IMG/VR virus record: IMGVR_UViG_3300048858_000109
Span: 1 to 35,865 of that record
Reading direction: 5' to 3' (one strand)
Origin: a virus
Lineage: Duplodnaviria; Caudoviricetes
DNA: 35,865 nucleotides
Below the pieces are notes generated by a model, which saw nothing but the letters and a program-made list of their open reading frames with translations, was not told the DNA's origin and searched no databases. Both the position numbers and the translations under genes were made by a program. Positions 1-9,798 of the stretch are shown in pieces; within the stretch, counting starts at the first letter, position 1, and each line of letters begins with the position of its first letter.

Positions 1-2133
1 CAGGATCGAAGTGTGCCAGTTTGAGGAGATGTCGAAAGCGCTGACGGCGCGAACGCGGGCCAGGTAACCGCCCGCGTAAATGCCGGTCACATCGACACTG
101 GTAGAGCCGGTGCGCTGCACCTTGACCCAGTTGCCGTTGTCCTTGCGCCACTCGACGTCATAGGCGACAGCACCGCTTACGGCTGGCCAGCTGATCGTCA
201 TGGTGGTGACGGCCAGGCCCTGAGCGATGGCGGTGGTCGAAGTCAGCGAGATGCTGGCGGGCGCAGCAACGACCGTGATCGGTATGACGCTGATTGGGCG
301 TTCTTCAAGCCGCGCGCCGGTATCGATGTGGGCGAATTTGCCTGGCTCGTACTGGAGGGCGCTGATTTCGTACTCGCCCTCGGCGCTGCGCCTGGTGCTG
401 AGCACCCGATACAGCGGAATGGAGAGGTCGTCGGCATCCAGCGCCCATTGCAGCTCGGGAATAGGGGTTTCGCTGTAGGCCGTGGTCACGGTAAGCGCCC
501 GACCGGCGACAGACTCGACCGTCCGGCCCTCGGCCTTGCCGCCTGGCAAGTTCACGATCAGGCGGTCGCCAGGCTTTGCCTGCGTATCTCGATCAAGGGT
601 GACGACCTTGCCGGCCGCCGCCTTAATGCGTCCGCCCACTTCCCGGCCTGCCAGCAGCGTGTCAGCAACCGGGATGATATGGCCGGGCAGCGGGATGGCG
701 CCCTCCATGCCCGTCTTGAACGTAACGGTCCGGTCCTGGCTGTTGCTCAGCACCACCCACTTGCCACGGCGCTGGGCTTCCGACGCCCGCGTGCAGCCGA
801 TCGCGCTCAGCTCCGTGGGCTTGTCGCCAAAGCGGCGCTGCATATCCAGATCGGCGAACGGAATCACATCCGTGTCGTAGTTGTTGTCCGGGTTGTCGTA
901 GCTGACCAGTGCGCGGGTGTAGCGGGTCTTCGCCGAAGCGCTGCCGTAGCTGAACTTGCCGTCGATGACATTGGCGCGGGTGAATACGTAGTCGAAGTCC
1001 TGCGCGCGCGGCATGTCGGCCTGCATCACCAGCTGGCCCTGAGCCCAATAGGTCATGCCGCGGTAGATGCCCGCGATGTCACGCAGCAGAGACCACGCTT
1101 CTGCCCTGCCCTGCAGGTTCATGTCGCACAGGAACCGAGGCTCCTGGCCGCCAGCGCCGTTGGGCACCAGCTGGTCGCAATATTGCGCGATCCGGTAAAG
1201 CTCCCACTTGTCGACCATGAACGGCTTAATGCGCTTGCCCAGTCCGAACCGATCTTCTGTGCAGATCCCGTAAGTGACCCAGGCCGGATTGTTGGTCCAC
1301 GCCTGCTTCATGGTGCCGTCCCACACACCACTGTAGGTGCGGGTGATCGGGTCGTAATTGCTCGGCACGGGCCACTTACGGCCCTTGCACTTCACTGTGA
1401 CAGCTGGAATGTTGGTGAACTGCTCGGCGTCGAACTCGATGTAGAGCAGCGCGGTGTTCGGGTAGCGCAGCTTGGCGTCGATAACCTCAGTGAGTCCCGC
1501 GACCAGCATGGTGTCGGCGATCCGGTTGGTGTTCTGGTTCGGGGTCAGGCGGCGGATGCGGATCTGCCAGCCGGTGGTTGCAGTCGGTAGGTCAATGCGG
1601 CGCGAGCGCTCATAGCGGGTAGTGGTCTTGCCGTCGACCGCTTCGGCCAGCACCTCCTGATAAGCACCGCCATCGGTAGAGACATCAATCGCGTAGTCGA
1701 TGCGGTAGCCGCCGACATTGCCCCCATCGTCCTGCTTCTGGAGCGCCGGCCAAGCCAGGCGGATGCGAGCCGCCGAAAGCTGAGTGTTGGTGATTGACCG
1801 GACCCATGGCGTATCGCTGCGCAGCTCAACATTGACGGTTGTCTCGTTGTCGACTGACGGAATGCCGGGGATGTAAGCCTGATCGACGGCCCCGGTGCGC
1901 CACTCCCACTTCACGTTCGGGAAGTTGACGTTGCCGCTCGCGTCGTTGATCGGGGTGTTATCGAGATAAACATCGGCGGCCGTCGGCGTGCCCTCGAACT
2001 CACCCTCCCCCACGGCGATTAGCAGCTTGGCGATGTTGGTGGAGCGCAGGCTATCGCGGGCCTCGGACGGCGACTTTGGTTTGCTCTCGCCGCCTTTCGC
2101 GCCATGGATATCAATCTTCTGTGCTGCGCCCAT
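1..2133 (-). CDS. Tail tip / host-specificity protein J (lambda gpJ-like), 3' part runs off the window
   Basis: Not in the ORF track because its stop is outside the window. Manual translation from ATG at 2133 gives MGAAQKIDIHGAKGGESKPKSPSEARDSLRSTNIAKLLIAVGEGEF..., later YPNTALLYIEFDAEQF and WTNNPAWV, typical of gpJ. Follows tail I. Confidence 0.92.
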   Translation of the reverse strand, partial: MGAAQKIDIHGAKGGESKPKSPSEARDSLRSTNIAKLLIAVGEGEFEGTPTAADVYLDNTPINDASGNVNFPNVKWEWRTGAVDQAYIPGIPSVDNETTVNVELRSDTPWVRSITNTQLSAARIRLAWPALQKQDDGGNVGGYRIDYAIDVSTDGGAYQEVLAEAVDGKTTTRYERSRRIDLPTATTGWQIRIRRLTPNQNTNRIADTMLVAGLTEVIDAKLRYPNTALLYIEFDAEQFTNIPAVTVKCKGRKWPVPSNYDPITRTYSGVWDGTMKQAWTNNPAWVTYGICTEDRFGLGKRIKPFMVDKWELYRIAQYCDQLVPNGAGGQEPRFLCDMNLQGRAEAWSLLRDIAGIYRGMTYWAQGQLVMQADMPRAQDFDYVFTRANVIDGKFSYGSASAKTRYTRALVSYDNPDNNYDTDVIPFADLDMQRRFGDKPTELSAIGCTRASEAQRRGKWVVLSNSQDRTVTFKTGMEGAIPLPGHIIPVADTLLAGREVGGRIKAAAGKVVTLDRDTQAKPGDRLIVNLPGGKAEGRTVESVAGRALTVTTAYSETPIPELQWALDADDLSIPLYRVLSTRRSAEGEYEISALQYEPGKFAHIDTGARLEERPISVIPITVVAAPASISLTSTTAIAQGLAVTTMTISWPAVSGAVAYDVEWRKDNGNWVKVQRTGSTSVDVTGIYAGGYLARVRAVSAFDISSNWHTSIL

Positions 2134-2147
2134 GCTTCTCTCCAGGC

Positions 2148-2171
2148 AATAAAAAACCGCCCTAAGGCGGT
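2148..2171 (-). terminator. Intrinsic terminator-like hairpin between tail I and J
   Basis: Minus strand ACCGCC-TTAG-GGCGGT followed by TTTTTATT. Confidence 0.65.
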
Positions 2172-2190
2172 CGCGTATTCGTTGTTCAGA

Positions 2191-2784
2191 TCAGGTTTTG
2201 TCTTCGGCGTAGATCGATGCAGAGATGATCGCCCCGCCCCAGCGGCGCTCGCCGATACAGATCGGGACCGGGTTGCCGCTGGCTGTGGTGTTCTTCGCGC
2301 TGCCAAAGGCGTAGGACGGCATGTTTTCGGGTGACGCGCTTTGCTTCAGCCCAGATGCTTGAGGGCTGAGCATCTGAATGACACCGCCTGCAATCAGTCC
2401 TATGCCAGCCGGGGCCAGGTAGGGCGCCGTTACAGGGAATACATAAGAGATTGCAAGTAGCACCACTCCGACCACTGTTTGCAGAACACCGCCCCGCTTA
2501 CTACCTTCAACCACCGGGACAATCCGAACCTCACGAGTGCCACCTAATTGGAACCCGGCTTCGCCTATATTCTTCCGGTTTCGGAACACTGCGAAACGCA
2601 TGCCGATGGCGGCGAGGCGCCTGATCTCCTGTTCAAAACCATGGATGGTGCAGCCCAGAGCTTTAAACACCTCCCGTGAGGTACCGGAGTCGATTCGTTT
2701 AACGTGCTTCCGACCAAATTTACGTGCCAACGATCCAGAAAGCATGATCGTTGTCATCCCGGGCGCACAGGTAGCAGAGTTCAT
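2191..2784 (-). CDS. Tail assembly protein I (lambda gpI-like)
   Basis: LSGSLARKFG N-terminus, IRIVPVVEGSKRGG-type motif, hydrophobic Gly-rich segment, C-terminal SYAFGSAKNTTASGNPVPICIGERRWGGAIISA; synteny K-I-J. Confidence 0.92.
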   Translation of the reverse strand: MNSATCAPGMTTIMLSGSLARKFGRKHVKRIDSGTSREVFKALGCTIHGFEQEIRRLAAIGMRFAVFRNRKNIGEAGFQLGGTREVRIVPVVEGSKRGGVLQTVVGVVLLAISYVFPVTAPYLAPAGIGLIAGGVIQMLSPQASGLKQSASPENMPSYAFGSAKNTTASGNPVPICIGERRWGGAIISASIYAEDKT

Positions 2785-2795
2785 AATAGCTTCCC

Positions 2796-2820
2796 ATAAA
2801 AAAACCGCCTTTCAGCGGTT
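2796..2820 (-). terminator. Intrinsic terminator after the lipoprotein moron
   Basis: Minus strand AACCGC-TGAAAG-GCGGTT followed by a T-run, immediately after the stop of 2827..3168. Confidence 0.7.
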
Positions 2821-2826
2821 CGTTTG

Positions 2827-3168
2827 TCATCGACATTTTTGAAGCGAGTCTCGAATTTCTGCACGCCCCAGCTGAGCCCAGGCAACACGCTGATAAAGCT
2901 TCGCGACACTTCCCGATTGCGTTCGAGTGATGTCCAGCACATCGTCGGTCTGCTGACCGAAGCCGTTCACGAGCCGGTAGCCGTTGGCCGTCTCTGAGAG
3001 CGTTGCACCTGAGCTGTGTTCCTGCCACTCAGGAAAGGCACATAACGCAAAGGCTTTAGGCGCCTTATTGGACTTCACTGTAACGTCTGGCGGGGAGGAC
3101 ATTAGTTCAGAAGGGGACGAGCATCCGGCCAGTAAAGCGACAGCCACCGCTCCTACAAACAATTTCAT
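2827..3168 (-). CDS. Lipoprotein moron inserted between tail K and I
   Basis: Signal peptide with lipobox MKLFVGAVAVALLAG-C; SD AGGAG; own upstream intergenic region and downstream terminator. Confidence 0.85.
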   Translation of the reverse strand: MKLFVGAVAVALLAGCSSPSELMSSPPDVTVKSNKAPKAFALCAFPEWQEHSSGATLSETANGYRLVNGFGQQTDDVLDITRTQSGSVAKLYQRVAWAQLGRAEIRDSLQKCR

Positions 3169-3293
3169 GAGATCACTCCTGTGGAAGATGGCTGCAACAT
3201 ATCATCCGCAAGCTGGCTGGGCATCCACCGTAGTTGACAGCCCAGTAACCGGGACGGTGAATAATTTGTCGTATCTCCGGCGCCGGTGCTGCC

Positions 3294-4058
3294 TCAGGTG
3301 GTCGAGTGTGCATCTGTATGCCTGAGGATCAGGCGCGTCCTATCGAGCCACGGACCGCCGAAAACGACGATCTCACTCGGCCTGCCATAGAGGTGGTGAA
3401 GCAAGAAAGGCCCCGGCCCGAATACCTCGTCAATCTCGCCAGGCAGTTCCGCATTTGCTCCGAGGTAGATGCCAGCGTGGTTCGGATGCTTTGTTCGCCC
3501 CGCCTCCATCACGATCATGTCGCCGCGCTGTGGCTGGTCGACCCGGTAGAAGCCCGCAGCCTCGTAGTTCGCCTCGTACAGGCTTTCGGCCTCGGCGCGC
3601 TCCCACCAGCCATCCGCGCGCTTAAACGCTTCGAATTCCAATCCCCATTCACGCTTGTACCAGTCGGCGCATACCTGCCAGCAGTCCCATACACCATGGA
3701 CGAAAGGCCGCTTCAGCAATGGGGTGTTGCCGCTCGGCACAATCGTTCGCAGATCCCCTTCGGGCCAGCTGATGATGTGCCAAGGTAGTTCGGTGGCCTC
3801 GCACATCGCCGAGTCGCGTGGCGACGGCCTGCTGGTCGCGTCGGGATGCGAGTGCACCACGCCGATCACCTGGCCGATGTCTTCTGCCGCCGCGTAATCC
3901 TCTGGACTGATGCGGAACTCTTCCAGCGGGTCCGTGGCAGCGTTCGCGCACGGGAAGTACTGCTGCTTTCGACCAAGGGACAAAAGCAGTCCGCAGCACT
4001 CGCGCGGGTACTCCGCTGCGGCGTGTGCCTGCACGGCAGCCAAAATATATTTGAGCAT
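3294..4058 (-). CDS. Tail tip protein K (MPN/JAB plus NlpC/P60 domains)
   Basis: YPRECCG, VVHSHPD...PSPRD (JAMM motif), DCW and HAGIYLG...LHH (NlpC/P60). Confidence 0.93.
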   Translation of the reverse strand: MLKYILAAVQAHAAAEYPRECCGLLLSLGRKQQYFPCANAATDPLEEFRISPEDYAAAEDIGQVIGVVHSHPDATSRPSPRDSAMCEATELPWHIISWPEGDLRTIVPSGNTPLLKRPFVHGVWDCWQVCADWYKREWGLEFEAFKRADGWWERAEAESLYEANYEAAGFYRVDQPQRGDMIVMEAGRTKHPNHAGIYLGANAELPGEIDEVFGPGPFLLHHLYGRPSEIVVFGGPWLDRTRLILRHTDAHSTT

Positions 4059-4059
4059 G

Positions 4060-4809
4060 TCAGCTCCGGGCTATAAGGGAGACAGCGGGGAAGCCGCCGA
4101 AAGGCAGCTCGTTACCAGATCCAAATCGGGGCTCGCAGCCTCGCGTGAGCGTGGCGTCGCACTCGTCCTTCTCCGGATCATCTGTAGGCAAGCCGTCTTT
4201 GTCGACGTAGGGGCCGGTGTAGCCACAGTTCGGCCCGCGATACCCGCCAGTAAGACACCAGTGGCAAAGCGTGGTCATCTGCCGACCAATTGATTCGCCG
4301 CCCACGTCGCCAGGGCTTGCCAGCTCCCAGCTGACACTCTCCCCGTCTTCGCTCGTCTTCTGATCGATGTACCAGACCTCGATCGATTCCTGCGTGGGGT
4401 CGGCATCCGGGTTGCCGTCCGGGAAGTTGAGCGCATCGAGGAACTGCCCCAACGTGTGCCGCATGGTCAGCTTGAATTCGAGCAAATCCTCGAAGGCCAG
4501 ACAGAGGGCGGTGATACGCCCGTTGACGTTACCGGCGGAAAACGTTGGCCGCACAGAGGTGCCATCGCTATTCGCTTCCACGCCCTCCAGCTGCACAGGC
4601 CACGCGCTGTACTCTTCGCCTTGCCAGTAGATCGGTTTGGCGGGCAATTGATCGGCATTGACGCCCGCAGCGACCAGCTCTTCGGAAGTGTGCGGTATGG
4701 CATGCCCATGGAATCGCAGGACGTCGGCACCGTACTCAGAACCATCAAGCTCAAACAACAGAATCTCTGCGCCCGGTTCAAGTGTTTGCAACTGCGCGAT
4801 CAGACTCAT
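4060..4809 (-). CDS. Minor tail protein L
   Basis: True start most likely ATG at 4809 (MSLIAQLQTLEPGAEILLFELD), overlapping the M stop. C-terminal Cys cluster CHW...YRGPNCGYTG...DEC...GCEPRFG and FGGFP. Confidence 0.92.
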   Translation of the reverse strand: MSLIAQLQTLEPGAEILLFELDGSEYGADVLRFHGHAIPHTSEELVAAGVNADQLPAKPIYWQGEEYSAWPVQLEGVEANSDGTSVRPTFSAGNVNGRITALCLAFEDLLEFKLTMRHTLGQFLDALNFPDGNPDADPTQESIEVWYIDQKTSEDGESVSWELASPGDVGGESIGRQMTTLCHWCLTGGYRGPNCGYTGPYVDKDGLPTDDPEKDECDATLTRGCEPRFGSGNELPFGGFPAVSLIARS

Positions 4810-5144
4810 GGGTGATAGGCCCTTACAAAAGTGGCGGTCAGAACTACGAGGCCGCCTGGCTTTCTTTGCCGACGGAAAGTAGAGCAACGGTAGAGTCCGA
4901 GGCTTTCGTCGGGAGGCGTCCACAGAAAGGCCCGGGCACCCCGATGCGCCCGGATGAAATCCACAAGCGGTTTGATCTCGCTTGCCGTGCCACCGAACGA
5001 CAGCGACCAAGTATCTTCTTCAGCATTCGGGCCGTCACTGGATACCTGGATGTAGCCATCACCGAACTTGGATTCACGGGTTTTAAGCGTGCTGTCGCCA
5101 CTGGCCTCATCGTCAGGCTCCCAATCAAACGTTTCTACGGCCAT
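4806..5144 (-). CDS. Minor tail protein M (distal tail)
   Basis: MAVETFDW...KFGDGYIQ...G.N...AFLWTPP motifs of gpM; start at 5144 overlaps the tape-measure stop. Confidence 0.9.
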   Translation of the reverse strand: MAVETFDWEPDDEASGDSTLKTRESKFGDGYIQVSSDGPNAEEDTWSLSFGGTASEIKPLVDFIRAHRGARAFLWTPPDESLGLYRCSTFRRQRKPGGLVVLTATFVRAYHP

Positions 5145-8100
5145 CAGCCTCTCCCAGTACTGTTGCGATAACTTGCCCCTCCCGGGCGCCAAGAATCGGC
5201 GATCGCCCTCTCCGCCACCCCGCGCATTTGCTGCTGCATGTTTTGCTGAAGCGCAGCGCTGTCGAGTTCCATACCATCTCCGCTCCGGTCTTCAACCGTC
5301 AGGTAGACTGGCGCCTCGACCTTCACGACAGTGCCGCCGCTTGGAGCGGAAGCGCCCATCATGCGGACGCCGAGCGATCCATCCGAAGCGCGCGCTAGTG
5401 GCATGATCGCCTCAGGACCCGCTTCGCCCATGACCCCCGCCCCACCCCCGGCCATGCCGAACGCGGTAGGCCTGCTGACAATGCTGTTGGTGAACGCAGC
5501 GCCGTCAGCGAACATTTGTACTCCGCCCGACCATGCACCGCCTTTGGCCTGGGGAAAGTAGGTCGACGAATAGCCGGCTTGAGACGCGCCGAGGTTAGAT
5601 GACGTGGCGCCAGCCGAACCCGCAGCCAGACCGTTGCCGCCTCCGCTGGAGCCTAAATAGCTCACGCCTGCATCAAACAGCATTTCCAGCAGCGCAGAAG
5701 ACGCCTTCCGGGACGCGATGCGCGCCATGTCTGCAATGATCGAAGTGGCGAAATCAGAGAACTTGAACTTGCCCGTCGTCGCAAAGGTATTGATGGAATC
5801 TTCCATGGAACTGAATGCGCTGGTGAACAAGCTCTTCGTCTGACCGGCGACGTCCTTGGCGGAATCCAGGTAATCGGCAAACGCGGACTTTGCTCCAAGC
5901 TTCCAATCCCCTTGGGCGGCATCAAGGTTTTCATAGCCTTGCTGCATGGCTTTGAGCTGCTTAACGCCGTACTGCTGGGTCAAGGCAATCTGGGTTTCTA
6001 GCGCTTGGCGTTGCTTTTCAGTGGTCGCCGTCGCAAGCTCGGTGCGCAGGGCAAGGACCTTGTTATTGGTGTCCTGCTCCAGCGACAGGCGCGCCTGCGC
6101 CCGCTCCGCTTCCTTACCCCCCATGCCGACAGCCGAAGCCATCTGGCCATATGATGCGGTGGCAACAGCCAGCTGACGCTGCAGGTCAGCCTCATATTTC
6201 ATGGCTTCGGCCATGCCGCCGGCCGCCGCCACGGTCTGGTCGTACTGCTGCTTCAGCCACTGCAAGCCCTGGCCGTATTCCGCCGTGGATATCTTCCCGG
6301 ACTTATAAAGCAGGTTCAGCTCGTCGGTCTTTTTCTTCTGCTCATCAGTCGCGGCGCTGACCGGATCGAAGCTTTCCTTCAATTTGGCGTAAGCGTCCCC
6401 GGCCGTTTTGAGCTGCTGCTCAAGCTTGGTCTGGGCTTCCTTGTGCTTCTGGGCAGAATCGGTCGCATCCTTGTCCGCGTCCTTCTGGGCATCGTAGGCC
6501 TTGGCCGTATCCCGGATCTGTTTCGCCAGCGCGCCCAGCGGATCAATCTTGTTCTCGGTGATAAACCGGTCGGCTTCCTCGAGCTTGGTCTTGTCCTTGA
6601 GCGAGTGGATCTGCTTGTCGAGCGTCTGCTGATAATTCTTGCCCGCGTTTTCGGCAGCGATATCGGCGTCGGACTTTTTCTTGGTCCCTTTGGTGCTGTC
6701 GTCCAGTTGCTTGGTATACAGCGCCTGCCGTGCGGCCAGCTGGTTCGTCACTACGTCCAGGTTACTTACGGTTTCAGACTGCTTGACCCAACCGTCCAGC
6801 GTTTTTTGGGGGATGCCAAGCTGCTGACCTACCTTGAGGATAGTGTCGGACAATGGTTGGCCGGCCGCGCGCGCCTGGTCCATGCTGCTCGCCAGGGCGG
6901 CGAATTGCTTGGCACCGGTCTCGCTGGAGCGCGGGCCGATGACCGCCCGCTGCATCGAGGTCCGCAGTCCCTCAAATGCGTCCGCCGCCTCCCTGGCAGA
7001 ATCGCGCTGCTGCTCGGTTACACGCACGAGCGCGCCTTGCTGCTGGTCGCGGGTAAGTTGGGCGAACTCCTTGCGGACCTCTTCGACCGAACGCTTGAGG
7101 TCGTTCACGTCGGTTCGGGCCGTCTGAGCATCCGAACCCATGGCCAAGAACGCCACGCCCACGCCGATTGCCAGCGCTGCTATACCGGCAGGCCCGCCGA
7201 GCAGCGCCAGCAGCGATGACCCTGCCCGGGCGAGTAGATTCTTGGCCGCCGCAGCCTGCGCCTGCGCGGCGGCGTTCGCGGTGGTTGCCGCTGTATCGCG
7301 TGCCATGGCCGCGGTGGAAGCGGCGGTGGCGGCAGTGAGGCGCTGCGTCGCAGCAGTAGCCGCGATCTTCGCCGCTGCCAGCTCGCGGTCCATACCCGCA
7401 AGTGCTGCGGTGTACCGAGCCTCTTCCGCAGTGCCAACCGCCAGCCTGGTCTGATAAGCCAGTGCCTGGCGCGAAGCCTGCAGACTGGCGACCCGCGCAA
7501 GCGTCTCTGCTTCCAGAGCCTGAGCGGCAGAGTACGCCGCAACGGACTCGCGCAGCTTGGCCGCAGCCGCCGCAGCCGAGGCCGCCGTTTCCTCGGCCTT
7601 TGCGATGGCGGACGCTTTGGTTGTGGCGATGTTGGTAAGCGTGGCTTTGGTTGCCGCGCCTGCAGACGTCACTGCGTCGATGGCGAACTTTGCAAACGCT
7701 GCCGCCATCTTGCCCCCGAGAGCGGCAACCAGGATATCGACGTTATCCGCCAGAAAGCTGATGGTTTCTCCCAGGCGTTGCGCACCGCCGTTGTCTCGCA
7801 GTTCCTGCAGACTGTTGGTTACGCTCTCGATGCCCGGCAGCAGTCCGATGGTGATCTGGTTGGCAGCCCCGGAAAAGGACGCCTTCAGCCCCGAAATAGC
7901 CTGCCCTGCTGCTACGAGGCGATTGATGTTGAATTCAGAGATTACCGCGCCGGCGTGTTCCGCTTGGTCACCGAGGTCAGTGAACCCCTTACCGTTATTA
8001 CGCAGCAGCGGAATCAGCGCCGTAGCTTCGTCGGCCATGGATTCCATATAGGTGGTCAACTGCTGCTGATTCAGACCAGCCTTTTCGAGCGAGCTGTAAT

Positions 8101-8641
8101 AAAGCTGCAAGGCCTGAGGTCCGGAAAGGTCAGCGAACTGTCCAGCGGTTACGCCGATCTTCGGCGCGATCTCATTGAAGAAATCGGACATCTCGCCGCC
8201 GCCGCGCTGCAGGAACTCACCGACCCGGTCGGTGGTGTCCTTGAGTATGTCGCTGAGCTTGTCATGCTCCACGCCAACGGTCTTGGCGCCGTAGGACATG
8301 CGCTGAAAGTCCTCGACGGTCGAGTTCGCTAGCGCGGAAAGGTTCTTCACCTCTTTTGCATAATCAATGGTGCTGGTGGTCAGCGCTACCAGCCCAGCGA
8401 TGGAACCCGCTGCGGCGACGTTGCCAGCGCCGATCTGATCGAATACCGACGTCACCGCCTGGCCGACGGTCCGCGCATTGGCGTTAAGCCGGTCAAAGGC
8501 GCTATCCACCTGTCCCAGACTGCGATCGATGTTCTGCGCGGTGTCTGACACCGCGCCTTCCGACCGTGCCAGCTCCTGACGGAGCTGTGCCGTCGTGGCC
8601 TCGATGCGAACCAGCATGCCTTGGACGTCAGTGTCAGCCAC
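5144..8641 (-). CDS. Tail tape measure protein (1165 aa)
   Basis: Long Ala-rich helical protein following the G/T chaperones; lambda-type C-terminal region with GVMGEAGPEAIMPL. Confidence 0.95.
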   Translation of the reverse strand: MADTDVQGMLVRIEATTAQLRQELARSEGAVSDTAQNIDRSLGQVDSAFDRLNANARTVGQAVTSVFDQIGAGNVAAAGSIAGLVALTTSTIDYAKEVKNLSALANSTVEDFQRMSYGAKTVGVEHDKLSDILKDTTDRVGEFLQRGGGEMSDFFNEIAPKIGVTAGQFADLSGPQALQLYYSSLEKAGLNQQQLTTYMESMADEATALIPLLRNNGKGFTDLGDQAEHAGAVISEFNINRLVAAGQAISGLKASFSGAANQITIGLLPGIESVTNSLQELRDNGGAQRLGETISFLADNVDILVAALGGKMAAAFAKFAIDAVTSAGAATKATLTNIATTKASAIAKAEETAASAAAAAAKLRESVAAYSAAQALEAETLARVASLQASRQALAYQTRLAVGTAEEARYTAALAGMDRELAAAKIAATAATQRLTAATAASTAAMARDTAATTANAAAQAQAAAAKNLLARAGSSLLALLGGPAGIAALAIGVGVAFLAMGSDAQTARTDVNDLKRSVEEVRKEFAQLTRDQQQGALVRVTEQQRDSAREAADAFEGLRTSMQRAVIGPRSSETGAKQFAALASSMDQARAAGQPLSDTILKVGQQLGIPQKTLDGWVKQSETVSNLDVVTNQLAARQALYTKQLDDSTKGTKKKSDADIAAENAGKNYQQTLDKQIHSLKDKTKLEEADRFITENKIDPLGALAKQIRDTAKAYDAQKDADKDATDSAQKHKEAQTKLEQQLKTAGDAYAKLKESFDPVSAATDEQKKKTDELNLLYKSGKISTAEYGQGLQWLKQQYDQTVAAAGGMAEAMKYEADLQRQLAVATASYGQMASAVGMGGKEAERAQARLSLEQDTNNKVLALRTELATATTEKQRQALETQIALTQQYGVKQLKAMQQGYENLDAAQGDWKLGAKSAFADYLDSAKDVAGQTKSLFTSAFSSMEDSINTFATTGKFKFSDFATSIIADMARIASRKASSALLEMLFDAGVSYLGSSGGGNGLAAGSAGATSSNLGASQAGYSSTYFPQAKGGAWSGGVQMFADGAAFTNSIVSRPTAFGMAGGGAGVMGEAGPEAIMPLARASDGSLGVRMMGASAPSGGTVVKVEAPVYLTVEDRSGDGMELDSAALQQNMQQQMRGVAERAIADSWRPGGASYRNSTGRG

Positions 8642-8662
8642 GTACAGGCCTCCGGAAGAAAG

Positions 8663-8938
8663 TTAAGTAGATCCCCTACCGGTAAGCGCCATGCGCAATT
8701 TCTGCGCAACTGTCGCCGGTGCGGGTTTGGGCTTGGTCTGGGATTGCGGCATGGTGGGGAAAGGGCTGGTCATCCTCGCCCACTCGATCCTCGCGTCCAT
8801 CGCGAGGAACAATTCGGGTAGCGAGGTATGCCACGCCACCTCAGGCGACCAACCGAGCCAACCGGTGGCTACTGCGTAAAGCCGATCGACGTAGCTCCCC
8901 GCCTCTACGGCGCTGACTCCGTCGGCTGTTCCTTTCCC
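8663..8938 (-). CDS. Tail assembly chaperone GT extension (T frame, reached by -1 frameshift)
   Basis: The -1 frame after the slippery site reads GKGTADGVSAVEAGSYVDRLYAVATGWLGWSPEVAW...; no good independent start. Confidence 0.8.
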   Translation of the reverse strand, partial: GKGTADGVSAVEAGSYVDRLYAVATGWLGWSPEVAWHTSLPELFLAMDARIEWARMTSPFPTMPQSQTKPKPAPATVAQKLRMALTGRGST

Positions 8939-9240
8939 GGCGTACCACCACGCGGGTTGTACAGCGCCGCCAGGTAATCGTTGAGCTGCGGCGTCATCGC
9001 CGCGACGCCCTGTTGCCACACCGCCTCAGGCAGGCCCTCGGTCTGTTTTTCGGTGAGGTTCGCGCCGGCGGCAATGATAAAAGCGGCACCATCCACGCTC
9101 ACGGCGTGCAGCGCGCTGGCAGCACCACGCAGCCCGCCGAAGCGGGCCTCGATGGCTCGGACGGCGGCCAGCGTGGGACGCAGCTGATAGGTGACCCCGT
9201 CAACGACGAGGTCGATGTTTCCATGCAACGTTTTGCTCAT
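8905..9240 (-). CDS. Tail assembly chaperone G
   Basis: 111 aa ORF between the major tail protein and the tape measure gene, containing the slippery site. Confidence 0.85.
   Translation of the reverse strand: MSKTLHGNIDLVVDGVTYQLRPTLAAVRAIEARFGGLRGAASALHAVSVDGAAFIIAAGANLTEKQTEGLPEAVWQQGVAAMTPQLNDYLAALYNPRGGTPGKEQPTESAP
8932..8938 (-). other. Programmed -1 ribosomal frameshift heptamer G GGA AAG
   Basis: Minus strand CCG GGA AAG GAA; the same heptamer as the lambda G/GT slippery site, in the correct frame near the end of G. Confidence 0.85.
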
Positions 9241-9252
9241 GGGTCACCCGAA

Positions 9253-9750
9253 TCAGGCGGCAGGGCCGGCGTCAATTTCCAGAATGTCGGAGTTGATGCC
9301 AATGGTGATATTGCGGCGCACGACATTGTCCGCGGCACCAGGCGCAACCGTGTTGTTCATCACCTTGCCACTGAAGTAGAAGGTGGTTGGCAGCACAGCC
9401 GGCTGAGCCGTCGGATCGCCGTCGTTGAGGGTAACTTTGATGTTGTAGTTGCCCTTGGTACGGTCCTTGTGCGCGGTCTTGACGGCTTTCTGACCGGCGT
9501 CGCCATTGTCCAGGCCGACGGTCAGCGTCATGTCGCCCGCATCAGCAGTGCCCTTGTATTTGCGCACGCGGCCATCCTTGAGCGAGGTGAAGTTCACTGA
9601 GCTGAAGGTGTCGCCAAATTCGCCCAGATCTTCGATTTCACCGACCTCAACGTAGGTGTCTGCCGCGTATTCGGTCATGGTCGCCGCAGGCTGCTTCGTC
9701 CCGATCGAGAATCGGCATCCGGCGGCGGTGTTCAGGTTGTCATCGGCCAT
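9253..9750 (-). CDS. Major tail (tube) protein
   Basis: EVGEIEDLGEFG...RVRKYKGTADAGDMTLT...YFSGKVM pattern; SD GGAGG; synteny. Confidence 0.85.
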   Translation of the reverse strand: MADDNLNTAAGCRFSIGTKQPAATMTEYAADTYVEVGEIEDLGEFGDTFSSVNFTSLKDGRVRKYKGTADAGDMTLTVGLDNGDAGQKAVKTAHKDRTKGNYNIKVTLNDGDPTAQPAVLPTTFYFSGKVMNNTVAPGAADNVVRRNITIGINSDILEIDAGPAA

Positions 9751-9798
9751 GGGTAGTCCTCCAAAGGCACATTGGGTAAAGCCGCCAGGCGGCAGAAG

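Noticed and set aside
328-1590. 420-aa plus-strand ORF
   Set aside because: Antisense shadow of tail gene J; no recognisable motifs.
3213-3247. Degenerate SOS-box-like sequences upstream of the lipoprotein moron
   Set aside because: They lack the required CTG-N10-CAG symmetry (CTG-N10-CAC) and have GC-rich cores.
7200-7700. Ala-rich low-complexity stretch suggesting a repeat element
   Set aside because: Ordinary helical segment of the tape measure protein with no exact DNA repeats.
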